NCBI GenBank assembly: GCA_045579705.1
Contig: JAZNMP010000028.1
Span: 5,320-69,319 of the forward strand
Direction: 5' to 3'
Length of the DNA: 64,000 bases
From: Lachnospiraceae bacterium
GTDB lineage: Bacteria; Bacillota; Clostridia; Lachnospirales; Lachnospiraceae
The notes under the pieces were generated by a model, which was not told the origin of the DNA, made no database searches, and worked only from the letters and a program-made list of their open reading frames with translations. Position numbers and translations under genes: made by a program. The number at the start of each line of letters is the position of its first letter. Position 1 is the stretch's first letter. Positions 9,214 through 19,632 of the stretch are shown here, piece by piece.

Positions 9214-11040
9214 TTATTTATCAAACAATGCTTCAAATTCTTCTCTTGTAATCTTCTCTTTTTCAAGAAGGAGATTAGCAGATGCATGAAGCACGTCCAT
9301 ATTATCCATTAAAAGCTTCTTTGCTTTCTCGTAGCAATCATCGATGATAGCCTTTACTTCCTGATCGATTTCTGTAGCTACAGCTTCACCATAAGGTCTC
9401 TGAGTAGCCAAATCCTTGCCCAGGAACACTTCATCATCATCACTACCATATGAAATCAGGCCCATCTTTTCAGACATACCATATCTCATAATCATATCTT
9501 TAGCTGTCTTTGTAGCAACCTTAATATCATTTGAAGCACCAGTAGTAATATCATCAAAGATCAATTCTTCAGCAATTCGTCCACCCAGCGTAACCTGAAT
9601 ATCCTGAAGCATCTCTCCCTTTGTGCTGAACATCTGGTCTCTATCTGGAAGAGGCATAGTATAACCAGCCGCTCCTACACCTGTAGGGATGATAGAAACT
9701 GTGTAAACAGGTCCTACATCCGGAAGGAGATGGAAAAGAATAGCATGTCCACTTTCATGGTATGCTGTAATCTTCTTCTCTTTCTCAGAGATAACACGGC
9801 TTCTCTTCTCAGAGCCGATGCCTGTCTTTACAAAGGCATCTTCGATATCTTTTCTACTGATAAAAGCTCTAGAATCTCTAGCTGCTTCAATCGCAGCTTC
9901 ATTTAACAGATTCTCCAGATCTGCTCCTGTATAACCAGCTGTAGTTCTGGCAACCTTATTCAGATCGACATCATCTCCCAGAGGTTTGTTTGCAGCGTGC
10001 ACTTTGAGAATTTCTTCTCTTTCTCCGATATCAGGTCTACGCACTGCAACCTTTCTATCAAAACGTCCAGGTCTCATAATCGCTGGATCCAGAATATCAA
10101 CTCGGTTTGTCGCTGCCATCACGATGATGCCTTCATTCTCGCTGAAACCGTCCATCTCTACGAGCATCTGATTCAAAGTCTGCTCTCTTTCATCATGGCT
10201 TCCACCCAAACCAGCTCCACGCTTTCTGGCAACAGCATCGATCTCATCGATAAAGACTATACAAGGGGCATTCTTTTTTGCCTCAGCAAACAAATCTCTA
10301 ACTCGGGATGCACCGACACCGACGAACATTTCTACGAAGTCCGAACCGGAAATACTAAAGAATGGAACTCCAGCTTCACCCGCGATTGCCTTTGCCAGCA
10401 AAGTCTTACCTGTACCAGGAGGGCCTACGAGTAACATACCCTTAGGGATTCTAGCACCAACTTTTGTAAATTTCTCAGGTTCCTTCAGGAATTCTACAAC
10501 TTCCTGAAGTTCTTCTTTTTCCTCTTTAAGTCCAGCTACATCCTTAAAACGAATCGTCATCTGATCCGCATTAGTTTTCTGCGCTCTGCTTTTTCCGAAA
10601 TCGGACATCCTACTGCCGCCGGACTGACCGCCCTGCATAGCCATATTCTGTCCATTTATAATAGCCATGAACAGGATAAACATCACAGCTACAACGATAA
10701 TCATAGGCAGAAGTGTCTGCATCCAGCCGTCCTTTGGAACATCCTGAACTACATAGGAAATATCATGATCCTGGAAGAGTTTCTCGATTTTGTTAACATC
10801 CGGAGTAACAGCAATAATCTTTCCCTTATCACTCTTCCCTTTTAACTCGAATTCAACTGAACCAGTAGGCACCTGAGCATTCTGAATGATTTTAACATTC
10901 TTAAGAGTATCGTTCTTTACAGCGTGCTCTAATGTCTGATAATCACAATTTGATGTAGTTCTAGTCGTACTGAGCATCCACATCACGAATACTATCGCAA
11001 CGATTAATAAATATACGCCTAACCCTCTTGACTTCTTCAC
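9214..11040 (-). CDS. ftsH: ATP-dependent zinc metalloprotease FtsH
   Basis: Two N-terminal TM segments, Walker A GPPGTGKT, Walker [19 protein letters not shown] and zinc motif HESGH. GTG start. Confidence 0.97.
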   Translation of the reverse strand: MKKSRGLGVYLLIVAIVFVMWMLSTTRTTSNCDYQTLEHAVKNDTLKNVKIIQNAQVPTGSVEFELKGKSDKGKIIAVTPDVNKIEKLFQDHDISYVVQDVPKDGWMQTLLPMIIVVAVMFILFMAIINGQNMAMQGGQSGGSRMSDFGKSRAQKTNADQMTIRFKDVAGLKEEKEELQEVVEFLKEPEKFTKVGARIPKGMLLVGPPGTGKTLLAKAIAGEAGVPFFSISGSDFVEMFVGVGASRVRDLFAEAKKNAPCIVFIDEIDAVARKRGAGLGGSHDEREQTLNQMLVEMDGFSENEGIIVMAATNRVDILDPAIMRPGRFDRKVAVRRPDIGEREEILKVHAANKPLGDDVDLNKVARTTAGYTGADLENLLNEAAIEAARDSRAFISRKDIEDAFVKTGIGSEKRSRVISEKEKKITAYHESGHAILFHLLPDVGPVYTVSIIPTGVGAAGYTMPLPDRDQMFSTKGEMLQDIQVTLGGRIAEELIFDDITTGASNDIKVATKTAKDMIMRYGMSEKMGLISYGSDDDEVFLGKDLATQRPYGEAVATEIDQEVKAIIDDCYEKAKKLLMDNMDVLHASANLLLEKEKITREEFEALFDK

Positions 11041-11059
11041 CTCTGCCTCCTAACGATTA

Positions 11060-11584
11060 TTAGTCCATTTCTACCACACCGATATATGGAAGGTTTCTGT
11101 ATTTCTGGTCATAATCCAAACCATATCCAACTACAAATTCATCAGGAATAGTAAATCCTGTGTAATCTACGTTTACGTCAACTTCTCTTCTATCCGGTTT
11201 ATCAAGCATAGTACAAAGCTTTACCGAATTAGCCTTTTTCTCAACGAAATACTCCTGAAGGAAATTCAAAGTATTTCCACTATCTATGATGTCTTCTACT
11301 ACGAGCACATCTCTACCAGCCGGATCCATATCCAGTTCCTTTGTAACCTTTACATCACCAGAGGAAACAGTTCCTGCGCCGTAGCTAGATGTAGCCATGA
11401 AATCGATAACTACGTCTGTTGTAATTCTCTTTGCAAGTTCCATAGCAAAGACAGCTGCGCCCTTTAGTATACAAACTAAATATACAGTCTTTCCTGCATA
11501 ATCTTTACTAATCTCTTCTCCGAGTTCTCTAATCCTTTTGTCCAAATCCTCTTCAGGAAGCATAACTCGAATCTTTTCACTCAT
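11060..11584 (-). CDS. hpt: Hypoxanthine phosphoribosyltransferase
   Basis: PRPP-binding VLVVEDIIDSGNTL and FVVGYGLDY. ATG at 11584 overlaps the tilS stop (ATGAGTGA). Confidence 0.95.
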   Translation of the reverse strand: MSEKIRVMLPEEDLDKRIRELGEEISKDYAGKTVYLVCILKGAAVFAMELAKRITTDVVIDFMATSSYGAGTVSSGDVKVTKELDMDPAGRDVLVVEDIIDSGNTLNFLQEYFVEKKANSVKLCTMLDKPDRREVDVNVDYTGFTIPDEFVVGYGLDYDQKYRNLPYIGVVEMD

Positions 11585-12983
11585 TTTCTTTTCTCCTAGC
11601 ACTAATTCTTAATAATTTTGTTGTCCCATCTGTGATCTTTGCCCCGAATCCCGTTCTGTAACCTACCACCCAGTATATTTCTTGGTTATTTGCTACTAAC
11701 AAGGCAGTCGTACGTTCCCCAGCGGGTATTTTTTCATTTATAAAATATCGCCTAAGCAGCTGCGACTTATCATCGGCCAACTGTAGAAAGTCACCTTCCT
11801 GACGGTTTCTCAGGCACAGATTGGTTTCAATTTTATCATAATCAAACCATTTCGTATACTTAGATTCTTGAATTTCAGCTACGGTTTTTCTCTCAACCGC
11901 CTCGACCTCTATTTCATAATCTATAGTATCTATTGTAATCATTTCTCCCAGTTTTGGCTTGAAAAAAATATGATTTTCACATTTTACCGATGCCTCGCCG
12001 ATTTCAGCATCCGGCACAATATAGAGTGCACCGTCTTTTTTCAAAGCTCTAATTCCGTTCGAGAGATTAATCGATTTAGAATCAGCGCCTCGTGTCAGAG
12101 CATCTATCGCCTTAATCTGTTTAGCAGACACATCTTTGCCCCTGGTTGTCGCGCGTCGCACTAGTTCGAGAATAACCTGTGTACGAAGCACATCATCTAG
12201 CTCAAGCAAACGAGAGCACATAATCTTGCCACCCTCGCACTCGTCAATTATAGCATTTGCACATTTAGAGATATAACGCTCTGCCTCATCTATAATTCTA
12301 GCGGAATGCAAGATATGATCATATGCCCGGGCGTTCATCCCCTTTAATTCCGGGAGAATCGTGTGTCGCATTCGATTCCTAAGAATTTCATCATCAAAAT
12401 TCGTCTCATCCGTACGATAGTCCTGTCCCAGGCGCTTCAAATACTCCACCAAATCCCTCTTCTCCAGATTGAGCAACGGACGGATTACATCATCTCTCAC
12501 CGGACGGAGCCCCGAGAGTCCTTTTAAACCAGTTCCTCTAATTAGCTGAAGGAGAAAAGTTTCCACGCTATCTTCCTTATGATGCGCCACCGCTATGTGA
12601 ACCTTCCTGCCCGATGCCTCAATACGCTCTTTAACCTGCCTGAAAGCTCGGTATCTAAGTATACGCGCAGCCTCTTCCTCTGAAAGTCCAAACTCACTGG
12701 AATAAGCTGGAACATCGACATGACATACATCTATCGGAAGTCCTACGCTCTCCACGAGCTCAGATGTAAAAGCAGCATCTCCTATGCTGTCCTCGCCTCG
12801 AATACCATGTTCGACATGAACGACATGAAGCTCGATTTCAAGCTTCTCTCTAATAGCATATAACGCCCGGAACAAAGCGACAGAATCCGCTCCGCCCGAC
12901 ACTCCGATTAACACCACATCTCCGGGGTCTATAGGGATATTATGTTTTATAAACTCCAAAACCTGGATTTCTAATCTATCCAT
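11577..12983 (-). CDS. tilS: tRNA(Ile)-lysidine synthetase
   Basis: PP-loop GVSGGADS, AHHKED, RPLL, DETN and RNRMRH; tilS-hpt-ftsH synteny. Confidence 0.95.
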   Translation of the reverse strand: MDRLEIQVLEFIKHNIPIDPGDVVLIGVSGGADSVALFRALYAIREKLEIELHVVHVEHGIRGEDSIGDAAFTSELVESVGLPIDVCHVDVPAYSSEFGLSEEEAARILRYRAFRQVKERIEASGRKVHIAVAHHKEDSVETFLLQLIRGTGLKGLSGLRPVRDDVIRPLLNLEKRDLVEYLKRLGQDYRTDETNFDDEILRNRMRHTILPELKGMNARAYDHILHSARIIDEAERYISKCANAIIDECEGGKIMCSRLLELDDVLRTQVILELVRRATTRGKDVSAKQIKAIDALTRGADSKSINLSNGIRALKKDGALYIVPDAEIGEASVKCENHIFFKPKLGEMITIDTIDYEIEVEAVERKTVAEIQESKYTKWFDYDKIETNLCLRNRQEGDFLQLADDKSQLLRRYFINEKIPAGERTTALLVANNQEIYWVVGYRTGFGAKITDGTTKLLRISARRKENE

Positions 12984-13041
12984 CTAAAACCTCTAAATAA
13001 AAGCAAGATAAAGTCAAAGCTCATTAGTTCAAGCTCCAACT

Positions 13042-13338
13042 TTATCTTTTTTCTTTAAATATTATCCAGTTACCTTTGATCATTCCGAGTTTCTCCTCGG
13101 CTGTAATCTCAATATATTCATCAGTCTTTGTGTACTGTTCGTATCTGATTAATTCTTCCTGTTCTTTGATGAGTCGGTCTTTCTTCTCTTCAAGCTCAGC
13201 CTCTTTCTGCTTGCTCGCAGTATAGCGGCTGTAAGTATGCCCCATCTGCACAGCAAACACAGTAATAATAAATAAAACGATTATAGCCACACTAATCTTC
13301 TGTGACGTATTGTTATTCTTCTTAACTCGTTTCTTCAT
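13042..13338 (-). CDS. divIC: Septum formation initiator DivIC/FtsB family protein
   Basis: Basic N-terminus, one TM segment, coiled coil and 'YIEITAEEKLGM' C-terminal motif. Start placed at ATG 13338; the ORF track extends to 13368. Confidence 0.75.
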   Translation of the reverse strand: MKKRVKKNNNTSQKISVAIIVLFIITVFAVQMGHTYSRYTASKQKEAELEEKKDRLIKEQEELIRYEQYTKTDEYIEITAEEKLGMIKGNWIIFKEKR

Positions 13339-13339
13339 T

Positions 13340-13579
13340 CTACAAATAGCGGAACATCTTCTCCGCATCTTCTTTCTTTACGATTTCAGGTGTGGCTACA
13401 ACTTCAGCCTTTACAACCTTGTTACCAAATTCAATTTCTATTATATCACCAGCTTTAACATTTGCCGATGGTTTTGCCACTTTTCCATTGACCTGGATAC
13501 GACCAGCCTGACAAGCCTCATTCGCTACAGTTCTTCTCTTTATTATACGTGATAATTTTAAAAATTTGTCTAATCGCAT
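13340..13579 (-). CDS. yabO: S4-domain RNA-binding protein (YabO/Hsp15-like, RqcP family)
   Basis: MRLDKFLKLSRIIKRRTVANEAC...VNGK..KPS...GDII; conserved position after hup. Confidence 0.85.
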   Translation of the reverse strand: MRLDKFLKLSRIIKRRTVANEACQAGRIQVNGKVAKPSANVKAGDIIEIEFGNKVVKAEVVATPEIVKKEDAEKMFRYL

Positions 13580-13596
13580 CGTTTTTCTCTTTCTGA

Positions 13597-13636
13597 TAAA
13601 AAAGAGGCTTAAAAAACGACGTTTTTAAGCCTCTTC
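13597..13636 (-). terminator. Terminator after hup
   Basis: GAGGCTTAAAAA/TTTTTAAGCCTC inverted repeat with a T run on the minus strand. Confidence 0.8.
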
Positions 13637-13660
13637 ATAATTATTCATTCCGTTAAAGGA

Positions 13661-13936
13661 TTATTTGTTTACGATATCCTTTAATGCTTTACCAGCCTTG
13701 AACTTAGGAGCCTTAGAAGCAGGGATTGTGATCTCCTGTTTTGTCTGTGGGTTTCTACCTGTTCTAGCTGCTCTCTCAACAACTTCGAAAGTACCGAAAC
13801 CAACAAGCTGGATCTTCTCACCCTTTACGAGCTCTTCAGCTACAACATCTGTGAATGCCTTAAGTGCTGCTTCTGCATCCTTCTTTGAAAGTTCTGCCTT
13901 TGCAGCGATTGCTGAAACTAATTCTGTCTTATTCAT
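13661..13936 (-). CDS. hup: DNA-binding protein HU
   Basis: MNKTELV..., [18 protein letters not shown] and [10 protein letters not shown]; AGGAGG RBS. Confidence 0.97.
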   Translation of the reverse strand: MNKTELVSAIAAKAELSKKDAEAALKAFTDVVAEELVKGEKIQLVGFGTFEVVERAARTGRNPQTKQEITIPASKAPKFKAGKALKDIVNK

Positions 13937-14011
13937 TTTCTTTCCTCCTCTGGAAGTTAAGTCTACCCCGAAATACTCTAAATCCCAACTTTCGGGAACA
14001 ATCTGTATTTA

Positions 14012-14040
14012 CTTATAAAGGTTTTAAAATGCTTTGTCAA
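14012..14040 (-). promoter_or_regulatory. Promoter of hup
   Basis: TTGACA-N17-TATAAG. Confidence 0.7.
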
Positions 14041-14149
14041 GAATATCGCCAAAAAATCCCTAAAACTACGCTTTTTTGACAGTATCTCACAAATTTAGCG
14101 CTCTATTTTTGGTAGTAATTATCCTTGATTTTTTCGTCAAAATTGGCTT

Positions 14150-15412
14150 TTAGTCAGTTTTTAACAAGCTTTGTAACGCATCCTGCATCGTCTGTAGATA
14201 GTCTGTACTATCCGCATTTCTAATATTTGACGAATTTTTCTGCGAAGTGCCTCCATAATTATCTCCAGAATTAGTAGATTTATTAATATTCTGGCTCGAA
14301 TTAGATGATGACTCTTTTGCACTATTCGACGAATTCGATGAAGAATTCTCACTCTTCTGTGTGCTCTGCTCGTTTTTCTTCGAATTCTCATCGGACAAAT
14401 CCAATGAAATATCTGCCTTCGGAGAGTTAACATACAGAGTCTTTTTCCAGGTATCGTAACCTTCCGCCTGAACCATCAGAACGTGCTTACCATACTTTGT
14501 CTTTACAACTTCATTTATAGGCACTTCTGCGCCATCCAGATAGATTTTTGCGCCTTCAACAGCCACATGGAAAGTTATATCGCAGCTCTTTGGACCCTCA
14601 CCCTTGAGTTCATCCAAATCCACAACTGTTGTTTCACCACGTTTTACTTCGATGTCTTTCGTTCCACCATAGCCATCATTTGCGACAGTAAGCGGATATG
14701 TTCCTTCAGGCATCTCGATTTCCATGCCCTCTTCCGTAATCTCCGTAAACATCTGCTTCCCGATAGAAACCATACTGTTCTGGAACAATTCCGTATTCAT
14801 AAGCTTAATAGTTCCATGGCCTGTAGTTATCGAAACACTTAGGATATCTTTGTCCTTTCCGACAACCCTCAGAACATCTTCTCTACCTATGTCTGTAGCC
14901 GAAGCGATTACATCGTTTGAAAAAACAGGCGTCTCCTCGTTGAAATGGTACTTTGTCTTGCCTATAGTCAGCATTCCCTTTTCCATATCCAATTCGTACT
15001 TCTTTACATCTTCCTGTTCCCACACTTCATCGGTCAATGTAACCTTGCTCAACGTCTTATCGCTCAACCTGTCACCGATAGTTACGACTCTGCCTGGATA
15101 GAACGAATTCCAGCTCGTAGAATCACCGAATCTGTTTTCAAACCTGGTAGCCAGCGAATAGGGATAACGAACCACTCTGTCATCACCCGTTATCGCCTGC
15201 AAAGTAATCGTCTCTTCCGCCATGTTCATCTCACGAATGAGATACAGGTTAGAAGACTTCTTTGCACTCACCTGCTTCTCCTGCGGCTCATAAGGAGCTT
15301 TCTTTCCAACGATTACATCATCCTGACTCTTACATCCGCCAAACAGACAGAGAACTAAGACAGCCATACACGCCAGGCTCATTCTCTTCCTTCGAAAAAA
15401 GCTTCCCTTCAT
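14150..15412 (-). CDS. PEGA-domain lipoprotein
   Basis: Lipobox LFGGC; PEGA-like segments (GTYPLTVANDGY; GAKIYLDG...YGKHVLMVQAEGY); Ser/Asn-rich C-terminal linker. Confidence 0.7.
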   Translation of the reverse strand: MKGSFFRRKRMSLACMAVLVLCLFGGCKSQDDVIVGKKAPYEPQEKQVSAKKSSNLYLIREMNMAEETITLQAITGDDRVVRYPYSLATRFENRFGDSTSWNSFYPGRVVTIGDRLSDKTLSKVTLTDEVWEQEDVKKYELDMEKGMLTIGKTKYHFNEETPVFSNDVIASATDIGREDVLRVVGKDKDILSVSITTGHGTIKLMNTELFQNSMVSIGKQMFTEITEEGMEIEMPEGTYPLTVANDGYGGTKDIEVKRGETTVVDLDELKGEGPKSCDITFHVAVEGAKIYLDGAEVPINEVVKTKYGKHVLMVQAEGYDTWKKTLYVNSPKADISLDLSDENSKKNEQSTQKSENSSSNSSNSAKESSSNSSQNINKSTNSGDNYGGTSQKNSSNIRNADSTDYLQTMQDALQSLLKTD

Positions 15413-16764
15413 TCGTTCTCCTCCCTCATTTCATCCAGGTATTCCTGGACCATTTCGATCAGGACAGTTCGGTCATTCAAAGACGGAATCTTCATGACTT
15501 CATCCAGCAAAAAGTTTAGAATCTGGCCCAACATCGGACCAGGTTTTACTCCCATAGAAATCAGATCTCGTCCATCTATCTTTAAATCTTTTACAGAAAG
15601 CGCATCATCTCTCTCGATGACGATCCTAAAGCATTTTTCAGTATCGCGAATAACGCTCAATTTTTCATCTCGCATATATTCACTCTGCGCAAGCACATCC
15701 GCCATCTGAAGAGTAATAAAGTCGTCTGCGTTCTCTCTTCCAATCTTTCGCAAGAGTCTGCGTGCAGCCCTCTCATTATTGCCCGGACGTGCATCATGGT
15801 ATTGAACCATAGTTTTCACGTATTTAATAGTATTATTATCAAATTTGAGACGTCGCATAATATCCCCGGCAACCTCTACTCCGAGGACATTGTGCACCTT
15901 AAAATGATCCCTTCCAGTCTCATCTGTAGTCTTACTGAGAGGTTTTCCTATATCATGGAAAAAAGCTGCCAGCTTCAACCTGTTATTCCCTTCAGGAATA
16001 CTCCTAACAACCTCAATAATATGTCTTCCTACATTATAACAATGGTGAGGCGTATTCTGCTCTGTATTTAAGCACTCGCCCCATTCTTTCATAAACACCT
16101 GAGACAACCCCAGCTCATAGTAATCCACGAGTCTTTCCGGACATTTAGAATAAATAGTCTTCACAAATTCCTCGCGTATTCTCTCCGCACTGACTTTAGC
16201 AAGTGTAGGAGCCAGCTCTTTAATCGCATTAACGGTGTTTTCTTCTATCTCAAAATCAAAACGGGCAGCAAAACGAACCGCCCTCATCATTCTAAGAGCG
16301 TCTTCACTAAAACGTTCTCTAGGATCGCCAACCGAACGGATTAGATGTCTTTCGAGATCGACTATACCTTCATATATATCAACCAAGCCTTCTCTATCGT
16401 TGTAAGCCATAGCATTTATAGTAAAGTCACGTCGTCTTAGATCCTCTCTCAGATCATCCGTAAAGCAAACCTCTTCCGGATGTCTTCCGTCGAGATATTC
16501 GCCATCGATTCTAAAAGTAGTAACTTCATAACCATTATGACCTATCATGATAGTCACTGTTCCATGCTGAATTCCAGTATCGATGGTCTTCTTAAACAGT
16601 CTCTTTACTTCCTCCGGTTTAGCCGAGGTCGTAATATCCCAATCCTTCGGTTTTTGCCCTAAAATAGAGTCACGGACACAGCCGCCTACAGCATAGGCAG
16701 CGTGTCCGTTCTCCTCTAATATCTCTATTATATTTTTTACATCTAAAGGCAACTCGATTTTCAT
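15409..16764 (-). CDS. cca: CCA tRNA nucleotidyltransferase with HD domain
   Basis: VGGCVRD, DWDIT, EVTTFR, RRDFTINA, EDALRMMRA and HDIGKP. Confidence 0.92.
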   Translation of the reverse strand: MKIELPLDVKNIIEILEENGHAAYAVGGCVRDSILGQKPKDWDITTSAKPEEVKRLFKKTIDTGIQHGTVTIMIGHNGYEVTTFRIDGEYLDGRHPEEVCFTDDLREDLRRRDFTINAMAYNDREGLVDIYEGIVDLERHLIRSVGDPRERFSEDALRMMRAVRFAARFDFEIEENTVNAIKELAPTLAKVSAERIREEFVKTIYSKCPERLVDYYELGLSQVFMKEWGECLNTEQNTPHHCYNVGRHIIEVVRSIPEGNNRLKLAAFFHDIGKPLSKTTDETGRDHFKVHNVLGVEVAGDIMRRLKFDNNTIKYVKTMVQYHDARPGNNERAARRLLRKIGRENADDFITLQMADVLAQSEYMRDEKLSVIRDTEKCFRIVIERDDALSVKDLKIDGRDLISMGVKPGPMLGQILNFLLDEVMKIPSLNDRTVLIEMVQEYLDEMREENE

Positions 16765-18203
16765 TAATAAGCCTTACCCCAGAATACTAACTTCTTTGCA
16801 GTTTTTCCGCAGCATACACAAACCTTTGAAATTTCTTCCTGTTCGAAAGGGATGCAACGGCTAGTTGCTGTAGTATCTGCTTTAATCTTCTCTTCACAAG
16901 CTACATCGCCGCACCACATTGCACGAACGAATCCAGGCTTGTTCTCAATAGCATCCTTAAATTCATCATAATCATGAGCGTCAGTAATATGTGTCTCAAG
17001 ATGCACTTTAGCACGAGCAAGCATATCGTCATGCATCTGATCCATAATCTCAGCAGCAACCTTGGTTACATCTTCGATAGCACATACTGTCTTCTCTCTA
17101 GTATCACGACGTACGATTACACAGTTACCGTTCTCGAGATCTCTAGGTCCGATTTCAACACGAAGAGGAATACCTCTGATTTCAGCCTCAGCGAACTTAT
17201 ATCCTGGGCTCTTATCTGTGTCATCCATCTTTGTTCTGATTCCAGCAGCTTTGAGAACATCTCTGATTTCCGCTGCTTTATCCAGGATTCCAGCCTTTTT
17301 CTGCTGAATAGGGATCACCATGACCTGAGTAGGTGCAATTCTAGGTGGAAGAACCAGTCCTGAATCATCACCATGAACCATGATAATCGCACCAATCAAT
17401 CTAGTAGAAGCACCCCAAGATGTCTGATGAACATACTGAAGCTTATTATTCTTATCTGTGTACTGAATTCCAAAAGCCTTCGCAAATCCATCACCAAAGT
17501 TATGGCTAGTACCTGACTGAAGGGCTTTTCCATCGTGCATCAGTGCTTCGATTGTATATGTAGATTTTGCTCCAGCAAATTTTTCTTTATCTGTCTTCTG
17601 ACCCTTTACCATAGGAATAGCCAGGTATTTCTCACAGAAATCAGCATATACATTAAGCATCTGAATAGTTCTGGCCTCAGCTTCTTCTGCTGTTGCATGC
17701 GCTGTATGGCCTTCCTGCCACAGGAATTCTGAAGAACGAAGGAAAGGACGTGTTGTCTTCTCCCAACGTACTACTGAACACCACTGATTATATACTTTAG
17801 GTAAGTCTCTATAAGAATTAATAATATTACTATAGAGATCACAGAATAGAGTCTCTGATGTAGGTCTAACACAAAGTCTCTCAGAAAGCTCATTCAATCC
17901 GCCCTGAGTAACCCAAGCTACTTCAGGCGCAAATCCTTCTACGTGATCCTTTTCCTTATCCAGAAGACTTTCGGGGATAAGCATCGGCATGTAGACATTC
18001 TCTACATCATTCTCCTTAAAAATTTGATCTAAATTTTTCTGGATATTCTCCCAAATTGCATATCCATTGGGTTTGAAGATCATGAAACCTTTCACTGATG
18101 AATATTCCATAAGCTCAGCTTTACGTACAACATCTGTATACCACTGCGCAAAATCTTCATCCATTGGTGTGATCTGCTCTACCAATTTCTTGTCTTCTGC
18201 CAT
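16764..18203 (-). CDS. proS: Proline-tRNA ligase (eukaryotic/archaeal-type subfamily)
   Basis: [34 protein letters not shown] and QSGTSH; C-terminal Zn-like CVCCG and terminal KAY. Confidence 0.95.
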   Translation of the reverse strand: MAEDKKLVEQITPMDEDFAQWYTDVVRKAELMEYSSVKGFMIFKPNGYAIWENIQKNLDQIFKENDVENVYMPMLIPESLLDKEKDHVEGFAPEVAWVTQGGLNELSERLCVRPTSETLFCDLYSNIINSYRDLPKVYNQWCSVVRWEKTTRPFLRSSEFLWQEGHTAHATAEEAEARTIQMLNVYADFCEKYLAIPMVKGQKTDKEKFAGAKSTYTIEALMHDGKALQSGTSHNFGDGFAKAFGIQYTDKNNKLQYVHQTSWGASTRLIGAIIMVHGDDSGLVLPPRIAPTQVMVIPIQQKKAGILDKAAEIRDVLKAAGIRTKMDDTDKSPGYKFAEAEIRGIPLRVEIGPRDLENGNCVIVRRDTREKTVCAIEDVTKVAAEIMDQMHDDMLARAKVHLETHITDAHDYDEFKDAIENKPGFVRAMWCGDVACEEKIKADTTATSRCIPFEQEEISKVCVCCGKTAKKLVFWGKAY

Positions 18204-18219
18204 TTTAACTATTACTCCT

Positions 18220-18897
18220 TTAATTACTTATTTTTTCTCTAAGAACAGAGAACTCCTGGAAGTCTTCTCCATGAGGATGTATTTTAAACTCCATCTCTTT
18301 TTTAGAAATAGGATGGAGAAACTTCACTTTATACGCACATAGTGCAAGTGTTCTTCCTGTATTTGTTCCACCATATTTTCTGTCACCTAGTATAGGCATA
18401 TTTCTACCGGCTAGCTGACATCTAATCTGATGAAAACGTCCAGTAAACAGTTCTATATCAAGAAGCTTCATGTTGTCAAGTGTATCTGCCACTTCATAGG
18501 ATAAAATCGCCTTTTTCGCTCTAGGATTATTCGAATCCACCACTTTAGCTTTAAAGTTTCTGGTATCCTTAATCAAATAATCTTCTAGTCGTTCCGAAGC
18601 CGGCACATTATCTCTGTCGATAACCGCATAATAGGACTTCTTAACAACGTGATCAACCAGTTCTCTGCTTAAGAGTTCTGCCGCTTTTTTTGTTTTAGCG
18701 CATAACATTATACCCTCAACCGGCTGGTCAAGTCTATTTATAATTCCTACATATGTACTTTCATTTCTTTCACTTCTTAAATTGCGCAAGAAACTAACCA
18801 GGTCAACTTCTAAGGAATTCCTGGTCTCAACCGCCATTCCGGCCGGTTTGTAAAGCACAAACAAGTCCTCATCCTCAAATATGATTTCAGGATTCAT
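18220..18897 (-). CDS. RluA family pseudouridine synthase
   Basis: [14 protein letters not shown] (catalytic D), TGRFHQIR and [12 protein letters not shown] at 18897 follows a GAGG RBS; the ORF track extends to 18912. Confidence 0.85.
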   Translation of the reverse strand: MNPEIIFEDEDLFVLYKPAGMAVETRNSLEVDLVSFLRNLRSERNESTYVGIINRLDQPVEGIMLCAKTKKAAELLSRELVDHVVKKSYYAVIDRDNVPASERLEDYLIKDTRNFKAKVVDSNNPRAKKAILSYEVADTLDNMKLLDIELFTGRFHQIRCQLAGRNMPILGDRKYGGTNTGRTLALCAYKVKFLHPISKKEMEFKIHPHGEDFQEFSVLREKISN

Positions 18898-18942
18898 ACG
18901 CACCTCTCTCACAAACCTCTCGATATGATATTGTTCTATGGA

Positions 18943-19632
18943 TTAGATTTTGAATCTATAGCCAACACCCCAGATAGTTTCAATGTACTGAGGATTAGCT
19001 TTCTCAACTTCAATCTTCTCTCTAATCTTCTTAATATGTACAGTTACAGTCGCGATATCTCCGATAGATTCCATGTTCCAGATTTCTCTGAACAAATCCT
19101 CTTTAGAGAATACGTGATTAGGGTTCTCTGCAAGAAAATTCAACAACTCAAACTCTTTAGTTGTAAGCTGCTTCTCTTCACCGTTAACCCATACTCTACG
19201 AGCAGTCTTATCAATTCTAAGACCGCGAATATTAACGATCTCGTTATTGATGCTAGGAGCATTTGTAAGACGCTCAAATCTAGAAAGATGAGCTTTTACT
19301 CTAGCTACCAACTCGCTAGGTGAGAAAGGCTTTGTGATGTAATCATCTGCGCCCATTCCTAAACCTCTAATCTTGTCAATATCTTCCTTTTTTGCTGATA
19401 CCAGCAAAATAGGATTATCCTTAATCTCACGAATTCTTTCGCAGATATCGAATCCATCTACGCCTGGGAGCATCAAATCGAGAATAAACATATCGAATTC
19501 TTCATTTAACGCAGTATTTAACCCATCCGTACCATTTGACTCAACCTTAACCTCGAACCCGCTTAATTCCAGATAATCTTTCTCCAGGTTTGCGATTGCT
19601 TCCTCGTCTTCGACTATCAAAATTCTTGACAT
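18943..19632 (-). CDS. OmpR-family response regulator
   Basis: ILIVEDE, phospho-acceptor DLMLP, GADDYITKPF and winged-helix TVWGVGY-type end (TIWGVGY). ATG at 19632 follows GGAGGA. Confidence 0.93.
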   Translation of the reverse strand: MSRILIVEDEEAIANLEKDYLELSGFEVKVESNGTDGLNTALNEEFDMFILDLMLPGVDGFDICERIREIKDNPILLVSAKKEDIDKIRGLGMGADDYITKPFSPSELVARVKAHLSRFERLTNAPSINNEIVNIRGLRIDKTARRVWVNGEEKQLTTKEFELLNFLAENPNHVFSKEDLFREIWNMESIGDIATVTVHIKKIREKIEVEKANPQYIETIWGVGYRFKI

